Shown: in pieces, positions 1 to 15,300 of the stretch
How the letters are laid out: each line of letters starts with the position of its first letter
Numbering within the stretch: position 1 is the stretch's first letter
Source: a virus
Direction: 5' to 3' (one strand)
Length of the DNA stretch: 64,000 nt
Virus record (IMG/VR): IMGVR_UViG_3300010885_015247
Coordinates: 1 to 64,000 of that record
Notes under the pieces: generated by a model
What the model was told of the DNA's origin: nothing
The model's database searches: none
What the model saw: only the letters and a program-made list of their open reading frames with translations
Position numbers and translations under genes: made by a program

Positions 1-120
1 AGTCTAAACACGGTATTCTAAAGGTCAATGTTTTAAAACTACCGTAAAATAAGACTTGGTTCAAACAGGTGTTACCAGTGCACCTTTTTACTCAAGTTTT
101 GATGACATGGAGCGCCAAAT

Positions 121-4845
<4,725 letters not shown>

Positions 4846-4852
4846 GGAGAGG

Positions 4853-5622
4853 ATATAAAAAATGCCAGCTATTGATTTTCCTAATTCGCCAACACTGAAT
4901 CAGACCTACACAAACGGTATTCAAACATATAAATGGAATGGAACTGCTTGGCGTTTAGTTCGCACTAGTGCTCAAGGTCCTACAGGACCAACAGGACCAA
5001 GAGGTAGTGACTCAACTGCTATTGGTGCAACTGGACCAACAGGTCCACAAGGTCTATCAGGTCTTACTGGTCCAACTGGTGCGGCGTCTACTATTCCAGG
5101 ACCGACAGGATCAACAGGACCGACTGGTAGTTTTTCAATTACTCCTTGGGCAACGTATACACCTATATTAAGAGGTAGTGTTACTAATCCAGTTCTTGGT
5201 AATGGAAGTATTACTGGAAGATATGTAAATATTGGTGCAACAGTTATTGGTGAGATTCGTGTTATTGCTGGTACTTCTGGGTTTAGCCGTGGTTCTGGAA
5301 CATATTCTGTATCTTTACCTACACCAGGAGTTATTGAAAACTTTCAACCTGTAGGTCAAGTTGTGATGCGTGACGAAGGACCAGGAACTAATTATTTTGG
5401 AACTGCAATATTTAATGGTGGAATAACAGATCGTATAGAGCTGTTTATGCACTCTCAGTCATCTATTTTTGTTGAAGGTGTTGCCGTAACTCAAGACACT
5501 CCATTTCTTTTCAACTCCAACGATAAAATTCTTATTCAAATTACATACGAATCGTTATTGAGTTAGGAGAATATAAAAAATGCCAGCTATTGATTTTCCT
5601 AATTCGCCAACACTGAATCAGA
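4853..5622 (+). repeat. 52-bp identical direct repeat covering the starts of two adjacent genes (4853-4904 and 5571-5622)
   Basis: ATATAAAAAATGCCAGCTATTGATTTTCCTAATTCGCCAACACTGAATCAGA read twice. Confidence 0.95.
4862..5566 (+). CDS. Short collagen-like fibre protein with C-terminal knob-like domain
   Basis: MPAIDFP N-terminal module, short GXT run, C-terminal WATYTP...GRYVNIG domain similar to the C-terminus of 121-4845; SD AAGGAG. Confidence 0.8.
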   Translation: MPAIDFPNSPTLNQTYTNGIQTYKWNGTAWRLVRTSAQGPTGPTGPRGSDSTAIGATGPTGPQGLSGLTGPTGAASTIPGPTGSTGPTGSFSITPWATYTPILRGSVTNPVLGNGSITGRYVNIGATVIGEIRVIAGTSGFSRGSGTYSVSLPTPGVIENFQPVGQVVMRDEGPGTNYFGTAIFNGGITDRIELFMHSQSSIFVEGVAVTQDTPFLFNSNDKILIQITYESLLS

Positions 5623-7457
5623 TTTTTACATCTGGTGTTCAGTCTTGGAAGTGGGACGGAACTGCTTGGAACTTAGTTGTTTCAACAGTAGTAGGTGCAA
5701 CAGGTGCAACTGGACCGCAAGGTGCTGCAAGTACAGTTACAGGTCCAACAGGAGCTCGTGGTTCTTTTAGTATTTCAGCAGTAACTCCTCCAGCTTCTCC
5801 AAGCGTAGGAGACGCTTGGTTCAATGCTGAGACTGGTCAAATATATGTTTATTACGATAGCTACTGGGTAGAGTCTGCTTCTTCTAATATTGGTTTAGGT
5901 GGTCCTACTGGTGCAACTGGTGCAACGGGTGCGGCATCAACTGTTGCAGGACCGACAGGATCAACAGGACCTACAGGCCCAACGGGTGCTAGAGGTGTAT
6001 CTGGCCCAACTGGTGCACAAGGTATTTCTGTGGTGGGACCTACAGGTGGACTTGGGCCTACAGGTCCTCAGGGTCTTCAAGGTATTGAAGGTCCAAGAGG
6101 TGTAACTGGTCCTCAAGGACAAGGTGTAACTGGTGCAACTGGTGCACAGGGAGATTTAGGTCCAACTGGACCTACTGGTTCAGCGGGTTCAACTGGGCCA
6201 ACAGGTGCCAGAGGTTTCGTTGGAGCAACAGGTGCACAAGGACCGACAGGTGCAACTGGTGCAAGTGTTACAGGACCGACAGGACCTTCTGGTCCAACGG
6301 GACCAAGTGGTGGACCAACAGGTCCTACAGGATCAACAGGTTCTACTGGTGGAACTGGACCGACAGGTGAGGTTGGTCTTCGTGGAGCAACTGGTTCTAC
6401 TGGTCCAACTGGTGCGGCGTCTACTATTCCAGGACCGACAGGTCCAACGGGAGCTACTGGCGCTGCAAGCACTGTCACTGGTCCTACTGGTAGTACAGGT
6501 CCTACTGGTGCTACTGGTCCTTCTGTAACAGGTCCTACAGGTTCACAAGGTGCAAGTTATATTGGTGTTACCTCTACAAGTAATCTAAGTATTAGTACTG
6601 GTGGTATAAAAACTTTTGTTGTAAACAAAGTAGATGCTTTTACTGTAGGAACTAGAGCACGTCTAGCAAGTAGCGCAGTTCCAAGCAATTTTATGGAAGG
6701 TGTTATTACTGTAATTAACTCTCTATCTATTACAATTTTAGTAGATAAAATAAATGGAGATGGAAATACATACGCTTCTTGGAATTTAGTTCTTGGATCT
6801 GGCGAAGTGGGACCAACAGGTCCAACTGGTGCACAAGGAACTTCTATCAATGTTAAGGGTAGCGTTCCACAAATAGTTAATCTTCCAGCATCTGGTAACT
6901 CTTTAAATGATGCTTATGTAGTTACAGCTAACGGTTTCCTATATGTATGGAACGGACTCAACTGGGCAAGCGTAGGTCAGATTGTTGGCCCAACAGGTGC
7001 TACTGGTCCATCTGTAACAGGTCCTACTGGTGCGGCATCAACTGTTCCTGGTCCAACGGGTCCAACTGGTGTATCTGGACCTACAGGAGCAACTGGCCCT
7101 TCTGTCACTGGACCTACAGGAGCAACTGGCCCTGCAACGTATAATATTCCTCAAGGAACATACCTAGCATCTACAACTTTAAGTGCAGCAGATATATCAA
7201 CAATAGTTAAGATGAACAGTTCTTCAGTTACAGTAATTACAGTTCCATTAGATGGTGCTGGAGGATATACATTTGCAGTAGGTACTCAAATTCTATTTAC
7301 TCAATTGGGCGTAGGCCAAGTGAGAGTTGAAGGATCTGTTGGTGTATTTGTCAGAACAGAAGGATCTCGCTTTACAACAAAAGCTCGATATGCTGTAGGT
7401 TCTCTTATTAAGCTTTCAACTAACGAGTGGTTACTTAGCGGAAACTTGACAGCATAA
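5580..7457 (+). CDS. Collagen-like fibre protein
   Basis: MPAIDFP module, GXT runs, internal globular domain, C-terminal fibre-tip domain ending WLLSGNLTA; SD AGGAG. Confidence 0.85.
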   Translation: MPAIDFPNSPTLNQIFTSGVQSWKWDGTAWNLVVSTVVGATGATGPQGAASTVTGPTGARGSFSISAVTPPASPSVGDAWFNAETGQIYVYYDSYWVESASSNIGLGGPTGATGATGAASTVAGPTGSTGPTGPTGARGVSGPTGAQGISVVGPTGGLGPTGPQGLQGIEGPRGVTGPQGQGVTGATGAQGDLGPTGPTGSAGSTGPTGARGFVGATGAQGPTGATGASVTGPTGPSGPTGPSGGPTGPTGSTGSTGGTGPTGEVGLRGATGSTGPTGAASTIPGPTGPTGATGAASTVTGPTGSTGPTGATGPSVTGPTGSQGASYIGVTSTSNLSISTGGIKTFVVNKVDAFTVGTRARLASSAVPSNFMEGVITVINSLSITILVDKINGDGNTYASWNLVLGSGEVGPTGPTGAQGTSINVKGSVPQIVNLPASGNSLNDAYVVTANGFLYVWNGLNWASVGQIVGPTGATGPSVTGPTGAASTVPGPTGPTGVSGPTGATGPSVTGPTGATGPATYNIPQGTYLASTTLSAADISTIVKMNSSSVTVITVPLDGAGGYTFAVGTQILFTQLGVGQVRVEGSVGVFVRTEGSRFTTKARYAVGSLIKLSTNEWLLSGNLTA

Positions 7458-8374
7458 TGATATTTGCTAGCCACTCTTTTCATGCCACACTACTTTCTGC
7501 ATATACACCTGTAACGTGGACTCAACTTATAGATACTTCTTTTAGCTTAACTAACATTAATGCAGTTATTCGAAATCCTTCAAGCAGTTTTTATATTGCT
7601 GTAGGTAACTCTGGAAAACTAGCAACATCTATAGATACTCAAACATGGACACAGAGAGTAAGTGGTTTTTTAGATAGCAACATATATGCAGTAAGTTATG
7701 GAAATAATTTATATGTAATTGGTGGTAGCTCTGGAAAACTAGCAACATCACCAGATGGAATTAATTGGACACTAAGATCTTCTTCTTTTGGTGCAAGTAC
7801 TATCTTAGGTATATCTTATTCTCAATCTGCTTCACTCTGGATTGCTGTAGGTGGCTCTGGAAAATTGGCCACTTCAATTGATGGAATTAGTTGGACTCAG
7901 AGAACCTCTAGTTTTGGCACCTCTTTTATTAATGGTGTGTGGGCAGCTCCTAGCTTAATAACTGCAGTCGGGTATGATGGAAAACTTGCAACATCTACTA
8001 ATGGAGTTAGCTGGACTCAAAGAACTTCTAGTTTTGGTACTTCTATTATCAATGCAGTATCTGCAACAACTAGTGGGAAGTTTGTTGCGGTAGGGGATTC
8101 TGGAAAAGTAGCAAACTCTACAAATGGAACTACATGGACTCAAGTATTCCCTGTTAGTACGTTTGGTCTTTCTAGTATTAGATCTGTTTCTGTATCTACA
8201 GAGGGAACATATATTGCTGGAGGAGCTACTGGTAAGTTAGCTACATCTTTTGATGGGGTGTCTTGGCTTCAAAGAACCTCTAGCTTTGACACAACTAATA
8301 TTAATGGTGTGTATATAGATAACGCTCTTGCTTTAGCAGTAGGTTCATCTGGAAAGATTGCTTACTCAATATGA
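7457..8374 (+). CDS. Seven-bladed beta-propeller protein (putative adhesin)
   Basis: Seven ~42-aa repeats WTQRTSSFG..IN.V...IAVG.SGKLATS.DG; TAATG coupling to the upstream fibre gene. Confidence 0.8.
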   Translation: MIFASHSFHATLLSAYTPVTWTQLIDTSFSLTNINAVIRNPSSSFYIAVGNSGKLATSIDTQTWTQRVSGFLDSNIYAVSYGNNLYVIGGSSGKLATSPDGINWTLRSSSFGASTILGISYSQSASLWIAVGGSGKLATSIDGISWTQRTSSFGTSFINGVWAAPSLITAVGYDGKLATSTNGVSWTQRTSSFGTSIINAVSATTSGKFVAVGDSGKVANSTNGTTWTQVFPVSTFGLSSIRSVSVSTEGTYIAGGATGKLATSFDGVSWLQRTSSFDTTNINGVYIDNALALAVGSSGKIAYSI

Positions 8375-8389
8375 CATTAAGGAGATATA

Positions 8390-8557
8390 ATGTTTTCATA
8401 CATAATTCTTGAAGATGGACCTAAGGTTCAGGTTCTTTACGGTGACAATATCATCGATGAAAGTGGCCCTTGGGAATCACTTACTGCTGCAGTTAATTGG
8501 GCAGATGCGTATGTAGGCATGAAAAATTCTGGAATACAAGAGCCTGTTCAAGAGTAA
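8390..8557 (+). CDS. Small hypothetical protein (55 aa, MFSYIILEDGPKV...), not in the ORF track
   Basis: Strong SD AAGGAG upstream of ATG at 8390; TAA at 8555-8557; fills the intergenic gap. Confidence 0.75.
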   Translation: MFSYIILEDGPKVQVLYGDNIIDESGPWESLTAAVNWADAYVGMKNSGIQEPVQE

Positions 8558-8588
8558 ACTAGACAAAGACTGAGAGAGGAGACACCAG

Positions 8589-9239
8589 ATGGCAGCCATA
8601 GATTTTCCTACGCCCGTTATTATTGGCGAAGAATTTACCGTAAACAATCAAACTTGGGTATGGTCTGGGTCAGTTTGGGAAGCTAAAAGAGTAGCTCCAA
8701 CAGGCCCTACTGGTCCTCAAGGTATTCAAGGTGTAACTGGTGCGACAGGTGCAACTGGTGCAACTGGCTCTCAAGGTATACAAGGTCCTACTGGCCCAGA
8801 TTCAACAGTTGCAGGACCTCAAGGTCCTACAGGACCAACAGGACAACAAGGACCGACTGGTCCACAGGGTGTAACTGGTCCTTCAGGTGTAAGAGGTTTT
8901 ACTGGTCCTTCGGGAGCAGATTCAACAGTAACTGGTCCTCAAGGCCCAACGGGTCCACGAGGCCAAACGGGTCCTACTGGACCAACTGGAGCGCAATCTG
9001 AAGTTGCAGGTCCAACAGGACCTACAGGTCCAGTTGGAAAGTTCACTGTTAGCCCTACTCAACCAAACATTGAAACATCAGTAAACGGTGATGCTTGGTT
9101 TAATACAAACGATGCTAAAACTTATGTTTACTATAATGGAGTTTTTATTGCCGCAGCGGGTGGATCTGTAGGAGCAACAGGACCAACAGGTGGTCAGGGA
9201 TCTTTACCTGTTTCCTTATCTTGGTGGTTAGGTATCTAA
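8589..9239 (+). CDS. Collagen-like fibre protein
   Basis: MAAIDFP module, GXT run, GDAWFN..YVYY knot, C-terminal LSWWLGI. Confidence 0.8.
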   Translation: MAAIDFPTPVIIGEEFTVNNQTWVWSGSVWEAKRVAPTGPTGPQGIQGVTGATGATGATGSQGIQGPTGPDSTVAGPQGPTGPTGQQGPTGPQGVTGPSGVRGFTGPSGADSTVTGPQGPTGPRGQTGPTGPTGAQSEVAGPTGPTGPVGKFTVSPTQPNIETSVNGDAWFNTNDAKTYVYYNGVFIAAAGGSVGATGPTGGQGSLPVSLSWWLGI

Positions 9240-9321
9240 TGTATAATTATAGAAAATCAGAACATGTATATAATGTTAATCTACATGTACGTTCTTTACG
9301 CAGCGAAAGAGGTATTAGCTA

Positions 9322-12270
9322 ATGCCAGGTTATTTAGGCGGTAGCAGTAGCGGATCAGGCACAGGAGGAGAAATCTCCTTTCCAAAGGAATTTGTCGATC
9401 CAGTAACGAAACTCCGTATTTCGCAGCCTGAAAACCTTATTGATACAGACTTTGAATATGGTCTGCAGCCAACCAAGTGGGAAACAGTTGAGCTTATTAA
9501 CAATACTCCATCGTTCTTTTCTAAGAGCGGTGATACTACAATTCCAAATATTACATCAATTACCACAAATACAGGTACTCGTCAGATCACGGTAGTTACA
9601 GATTTTGACCACGGATTGTCTGTAGGTATTCCTATCTCAGTTACAGGAACTAAATCCATCACTGCAGATGGTGCTTATATTATTAACTCAATCCCGAATA
9701 CAACAACTTTTACATATCTATGCAAGGCAAATCAGCCTAATACATCTTCTATTCAAGATTTATATTCTTCTATTATTACTGGAGAGTTCTTTCAAGGCTC
9801 ACAGCTTCGTATTGCTGACTCATCTGGAATTTTGACAGATAATGCAACAACTTCTGTGCTTACAGTTACTACAGAAAGCTCTCATGGATTTAAGGTAAAT
9901 ACTCCTTTCTACTTTCTGAATCTTAACTCAACTATTTCTCAAGATTTCCCAGCTTCAAATACAGTTGCAAAGTCTTTTGACTCTACAAACTCAGCGACTG
10001 CTCAGACCTTTGATGGCTCTAACACTCTTTCATCAATCAATATTGATTGGTCAAACTCTGCAGTTGCTGGAGGAGTTGTAAGCACAATCTCTGCTGTAAG
10101 TGTAGTTAATAATACTATTACAGTAGCTCATAGCACTGAAAACTTTTCTGGAAGAGCTCTTGGAACACCTCTTTACTACGCTATAACAGGCGGCGCTGGG
10201 TATTTCTTATCAAACCCTAGAGGCGTTGTGTTTTTAAAAAGCACTGGATCTTTAGGTACATCAACATCTACCTTTACAGTAAGTGCTGTTCCAGATGGAG
10301 ATGTAATTGCGATTACAGCATCTATTTCTGGAACATTCCAGCTTGCTAACCAAGCTCGTACTTTCTCTGGTAACAACGTTAACCCTTTGACACAGACCAG
10401 CGTAGATATTTTAAAGGGAACAGCACAGATACTTGACGCCACTAATACAGCTGGAACAGTTGGAACAAACGCAACATATAGTGGATCAAACGTAACAGTT
10501 ACAAGCGTAGTAGACCTTAACTGGTATGCAAATGCCATGGTGTTTTATAACAGCACTGGCTCTGCCGCATCTGGTCTAACTAACAATACAACTTATTTTA
10601 TTGACACCTATTTCCGTCAGGGAGTCTCAAATAACTACAGCTTTACGCTAAAACCTCTTCCAAACGGTTCTGTTATTACATCTATATCTGGTGGAACTGG
10701 TATTCAATCATTTACACAAATTGGTATTTCTCTAGATAAAGACATATTCCATGTTAAAGATAATGGTTTTGAAGCCTTAGATATGTTAGAGTATCAATAT
10801 CCTGCTGGTGGTCGTTTTGGGGTAAATGCTGCAGATGAAATTAAAGATTTTTATTTTATTCAAACACGCTATGATCAACACAATTTTACTTTAAATCAGA
10901 ATACTGGAGAAATATCTCCAAAGAATGTAACTATTACAGTAGACCGTGGTACTCCAATAACCCCAACTACTGCAACTACTACTGGTTTAACAGCTCCAAT
11001 TGTATTCTCAGTGAGCAGCGGAGTTCTGCCTAACGGTTTGACTCTTAATACATCTACAGGTTCTGTGTCTGGAACTCCAGTAGAAGTAGTTACAGGACGA
11101 GCAGTAATTATTACAGCAACAGATGCAACAGGGTTGACTGCATTCCAGAATCATACTTACACAATTAACGCAACTGTTGGTTCTATTACTCCAGCTACTA
11201 TCTCTAGAGAAAATATCTTTGCAACTCAAGCAATGACAGCAACAACTGCAACAACAGTAAACCTAGTTGCTCCTATTACATGGGCAATTTCAAGCGGAAC
11301 ACTTCCTACAGGTCTTAACTTTAATACATCTAACGGTATTATCTCAGGAACCCCTACAGAAGTAATTAACGCTCCAGGTCGTCAAGTCACTGTTAGAGCA
11401 ACAGACGTTGGTGGTTTACAGGGCTTCCAAGTAATTACATTCCAAATTAACCCTGCACCAAGACTATATACCTTCACTAGTGCACAGTTTAACACTGGCG
11501 GTGCTAGCAATAGAAACGGTCCAGATATCAACCAAGCACGAGCTGGTGTAGGTAATCCATCTTGGGCAGCGACATATTTAAATATGTCACAGCAGGGTAT
11601 GCAGTTGTGGACAGTTCCAGAAGATGGAACTTACAGAATTCAAACATACGGATCTGTTGGCGGATGGTCTAACAACTGGGGTCAGCGTGGTGGCTACGGA
11701 GCTGGTAACCGTGGAGACTTTGTACTTACTAAAGATACAGTTCTTAAAATCGCTATTGGACAGCAAGGTGCAAATGATACTTATGATGGTGGCGGAGGTG
11801 GCGGAACTGGTGTTGTCTACGCAGCTAACAACAACCCGTTAATTATTTCTGGTGGAGGTGGAGGCGGATGCCCTGATGGTAACGAGCATCGTGACTCCTA
11901 TGGTAACCAAACTTCAGGACGTGGTGGAGCGTGGGGCCAAGGTGGAGTTAACGGTAACGGTGGATCTTCTAGCTCAACTCCAGGTGGTGGTGGTGGTCTT
12001 TATAACAATGGCGGCGGTAGCTGGCCAGGACAATCATTTGTCAACGGTGGTGTAGGCGGACCAGGATACTTCGGTGGATTTGGTGCTGGTGGAGGCGGAG
12101 CTGGTGGCGGATCAAACGGTGCTGGTGGAGGCGGAGGCTACTCTGGTGGCGGAGCTTGGCCATGGTCTGGTTGTGGTGCTGGTGGCGGATCTATTAATAA
12201 TGGAACTAACCAAGTCAACTCTAACTCTGCAAACGGTGGCGTTGGATATCTTACAATCACAAGACTTTAA
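9322..12270 (+). CDS. Large virion structural protein with two putative Ig (He_PIG-like) domains and a C-terminal ALK/LTK-like Gly-rich domain
   Basis: N-terminal LIDTDFEYGLQPTKWE; two SGxLPxGLxxNTSxGxxSGTP Ig-like units; Gly-rich C-terminus preceded by QLWTVPEDGTYRI. Confidence 0.75.
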   Translation: MPGYLGGSSSGSGTGGEISFPKEFVDPVTKLRISQPENLIDTDFEYGLQPTKWETVELINNTPSFFSKSGDTTIPNITSITTNTGTRQITVVTDFDHGLSVGIPISVTGTKSITADGAYIINSIPNTTTFTYLCKANQPNTSSIQDLYSSIITGEFFQGSQLRIADSSGILTDNATTSVLTVTTESSHGFKVNTPFYFLNLNSTISQDFPASNTVAKSFDSTNSATAQTFDGSNTLSSINIDWSNSAVAGGVVSTISAVSVVNNTITVAHSTENFSGRALGTPLYYAITGGAGYFLSNPRGVVFLKSTGSLGTSTSTFTVSAVPDGDVIAITASISGTFQLANQARTFSGNNVNPLTQTSVDILKGTAQILDATNTAGTVGTNATYSGSNVTVTSVVDLNWYANAMVFYNSTGSAASGLTNNTTYFIDTYFRQGVSNNYSFTLKPLPNGSVITSISGGTGIQSFTQIGISLDKDIFHVKDNGFEALDMLEYQYPAGGRFGVNAADEIKDFYFIQTRYDQHNFTLNQNTGEISPKNVTITVDRGTPITPTTATTTGLTAPIVFSVSSGVLPNGLTLNTSTGSVSGTPVEVVTGRAVIITATDATGLTAFQNHTYTINATVGSITPATISRENIFATQAMTATTATTVNLVAPITWAISSGTLPTGLNFNTSNGIISGTPTEVINAPGRQVTVRATDVGGLQGFQVITFQINPAPRLYTFTSAQFNTGGASNRNGPDINQARAGVGNPSWAATYLNMSQQGMQLWTVPEDGTYRIQTYGSVGGWSNNWGQRGGYGAGNRGDFVLTKDTVLKIAIGQQGANDTYDGGGGGGTGVVYAANNNPLIISGGGGGGCPDGNEHRDSYGNQTSGRGGAWGQGGVNGNGGSSSSTPGGGGGLYNNGGGSWPGQSFVNGGVGGPGYFGGFGAGGGGAGGGSNGAGGGGGYSGGGAWPWSGCGAGGGSINNGTNQVNSNSANGGVGYLTITRL

Positions 12271-12304
12271 TAGCTAGATAAACAGGAAAACAAAGGAGAG
12301 TTAG

Positions 12305-15300
12305 ATGCCAATTAATATGACAACAGTGGGTTCTGCTGGCACGCACTCTTTTCGTCGTACAAACGTTAATACGGTAGATGACTTTATCTACTTTAAAAAC
12401 CTTGGCGTTTCTACAGCTATCCCAAGCACATTAGTTAATGGATCTTCTTTTATCTATGCAGCAGGTCTTGGATCTTTAACTGGGTACACGAATGGTCAAC
12501 TTTTATATGTCACAACTACAGAGCCCAAAAAGCTAAGATTTAGCGCAGTATCTGGCGGATCAGATATCAATATCACTGATTATGCATCAGGATCAATCAC
12601 CTTTAACACTCCTATTGTTTATAATAATAAGGTTAATATTGACGCATCTACTTCAACAAACCAAGCAGTTAAGTATTTTACAAATGGAACTCCTCTTACT
12701 GGACTTGTAAGCGGAAATACTTATTTCTTAAAGAACGTCTCTGTATCTGATTTTGCTGGACAACAGTCAACATATGCTTTCTCATCATTTACTTTTACTT
12801 CATGTAATCAGACTGGTCGTACTGGCCCAACAGATTCTCAGAGAACAAACTTATACACATCAGCTGCCTCATGGACGCAAACTTATGTAAAACAAGGAGC
12901 ATATGTAGGTTATCAAGATTGGACAGTTCCAGTATCTGGAATTTATGAGTTTACTGTTGCTGGTGCTTCTGGTTTTGAAGGAAGCTCTGGTGCTGCAGCA
13001 GCAGGTCGTGGAGCAATTGTAAAGGGAAGAGTAACTCTTACTAAGGGTGAAGTTATTACTATTGCAGTAGGACAGCGTGGTGAAAATGGTATATCTACAG
13101 CTTTAAATCTATACGGTGGATCTGGTGGAGGAACATTTGTTGTTCGTAAAGCAACCAACGATCCTCTTTTTGTAGCAGGAGGCGGTTCTTCTGATGCAAA
13201 CTCTAGAGGTGGTTTAGATGGTGTATTGACACAGCTTGGTGGTCTCTCCTCTTCTGGTGTGGTAGCTGGTGGAGCTAGAGGTTTTGGTGGTAGTGCAATT
13301 GGTGGTAACTCTGCAGCTGGTGGAGGATTCAACTCTCGAGGCGGTAATGGTCGTACAGTTTCACCTTTCAATACAGGTGGTGGTTCTTTCCTAGATGGTC
13401 TTACAGCAATTGCTCAAGCTGCCCGTAACGGTGGTAATGGTGGCTTTGGTGGTGGCGGATCTGCTGATGGAAATGATGGCGGTCAGTCTGCTGGTGGTGG
13501 AGGCTACTCTGGAGGTGCTGGTTCAAGAAGCGTTTCAGCAGCTACTGCTGGTGGTGGTGGCGGTTCATTTATTAATGCATTAGCAACAAACGTTGCAACA
13601 TCTTCTGGATCATTTGATGGTGCAGGTTTATTTAATGGCAATGCAATTACAAATCTTGCCTCATACAATATTGGAGATGGCTCTGTAGGAGTATCCCTTA
13701 TCTCATCTTTCACAAACGGTAACGAAGTATATCCAACTGCAGCAGATGCTGAAGCAGGAACAAATAAGATTGCTGTTGCACCAGCTGGTAACTCATACCA
13801 TGCTTTTGTCCCAATCAATTTTGATTCAGCTGCAGATTTGATCTATAGCGCAGCGGCACACAATCTATCAAGCGGTGAGGCAGTTGTACCTACATTTCAA
13901 ACAACAGCACCCGCTGGACTATCAAACGGTTCTATTTACTACATCGATAAAGTTGATAACTTTACATATAGATTGAGCTCTACTCCAAGCCCTACATTTA
14001 CAACAATTAATTTAACACTCCCATCTACTCGTTCTACAGCTACATCAGATATTGTTTCTAAGGTAGTTGTAAACCCAGTTACAGATACATTAACTATCAC
14101 CGCTCATGGTTTCTTAGTTGATCAGCCTATTCAATATAACAACGGTAGTGGAAACCCAGCTGGAAATAATACTGGATCTATTGGTGGTTTGACTCACTTA
14201 ACAACATACTATGTTCAAGAAGTTCTTAACTCTAACCAGATTAGATTAAAGACATCTCTCAATTCTCCAACATATATTAACTTAACTGGACCGGGAACAG
14301 GTACAGAACACAGCTTTACATTTATCACAGTTAATATTTTAGAAGACACTTTGTATATTCCTAACCACGGACTTGTATCTGGTCAAGCAGTACGATACTC
14401 AAATGGTGGCGGAACAACTATTAGCGGTTTAGCAAATAATACTATTTATTACATTATTAAAGTTGATAACAGCCTTGTAAAACTTTCACCAAATGCTAAT
14501 TTATCAAACCCTGTAAATATTCTTGCTGTTGGAACTGGAACTCAGTCTTTGGTAATCATAGCTTTGGATTATGCAACTGAAACTATTACTGTTCCAAATC
14601 ATGGTTTCCTTCAAAAGGAACTTGTTTTATATGATGCTAAAGGTCAGACAGTTGTTAATGGTTTAACAACTGCAACCCCTTACTATGTGATCTTCGTTGA
14701 TGGAGATAGAATCAAGCTTGCAACTACTCCAGAAAATGCAGATGCTGGAACAGCGGTAAATATTACTGACACTCCAGCTGGTGTTGGGTATCACTCACTA
14801 CAATCACTTTCTAAGACACCAGATGGAATTTATGTAATTGCAACTACTCCTACAGATAAGAGCTTTACAGTTACTGCTGCTGGAAAAGTACCTCTCATCA
14901 CTAAAACTTTTAACCCAAGAGCAACAGTTGATTTAACACTTAGTGCTTTTAAGCTTCCTTCCCACGGCTTCCTAACTGGAACAAAGCTGACATATGATAA
15001 GGGAGATTCTGCAACAGTTATTGTAGGTCTTACTGATTTGACAGATTACTATGTAGTTGCGATTAATAGAGATTATTTTAGACTAGCAACATCTGCTAGC
15101 AACTCTGCTACAGGTACAACATTAACAGTTACAGATTTTGGAACTGGTGTTGGTCACAAATTTACAACATCGCAGCTTAATGGAAATATTACTGGTGGAG
15201 GTACAGTCACCACTGTTTCTGGCTCGGTGCTTGTTAACGGAATTGGTACCTCGTTCTCTAAGATTCTCAAGGTGGGAGACCGTTTCCGCTTATTCCCACC

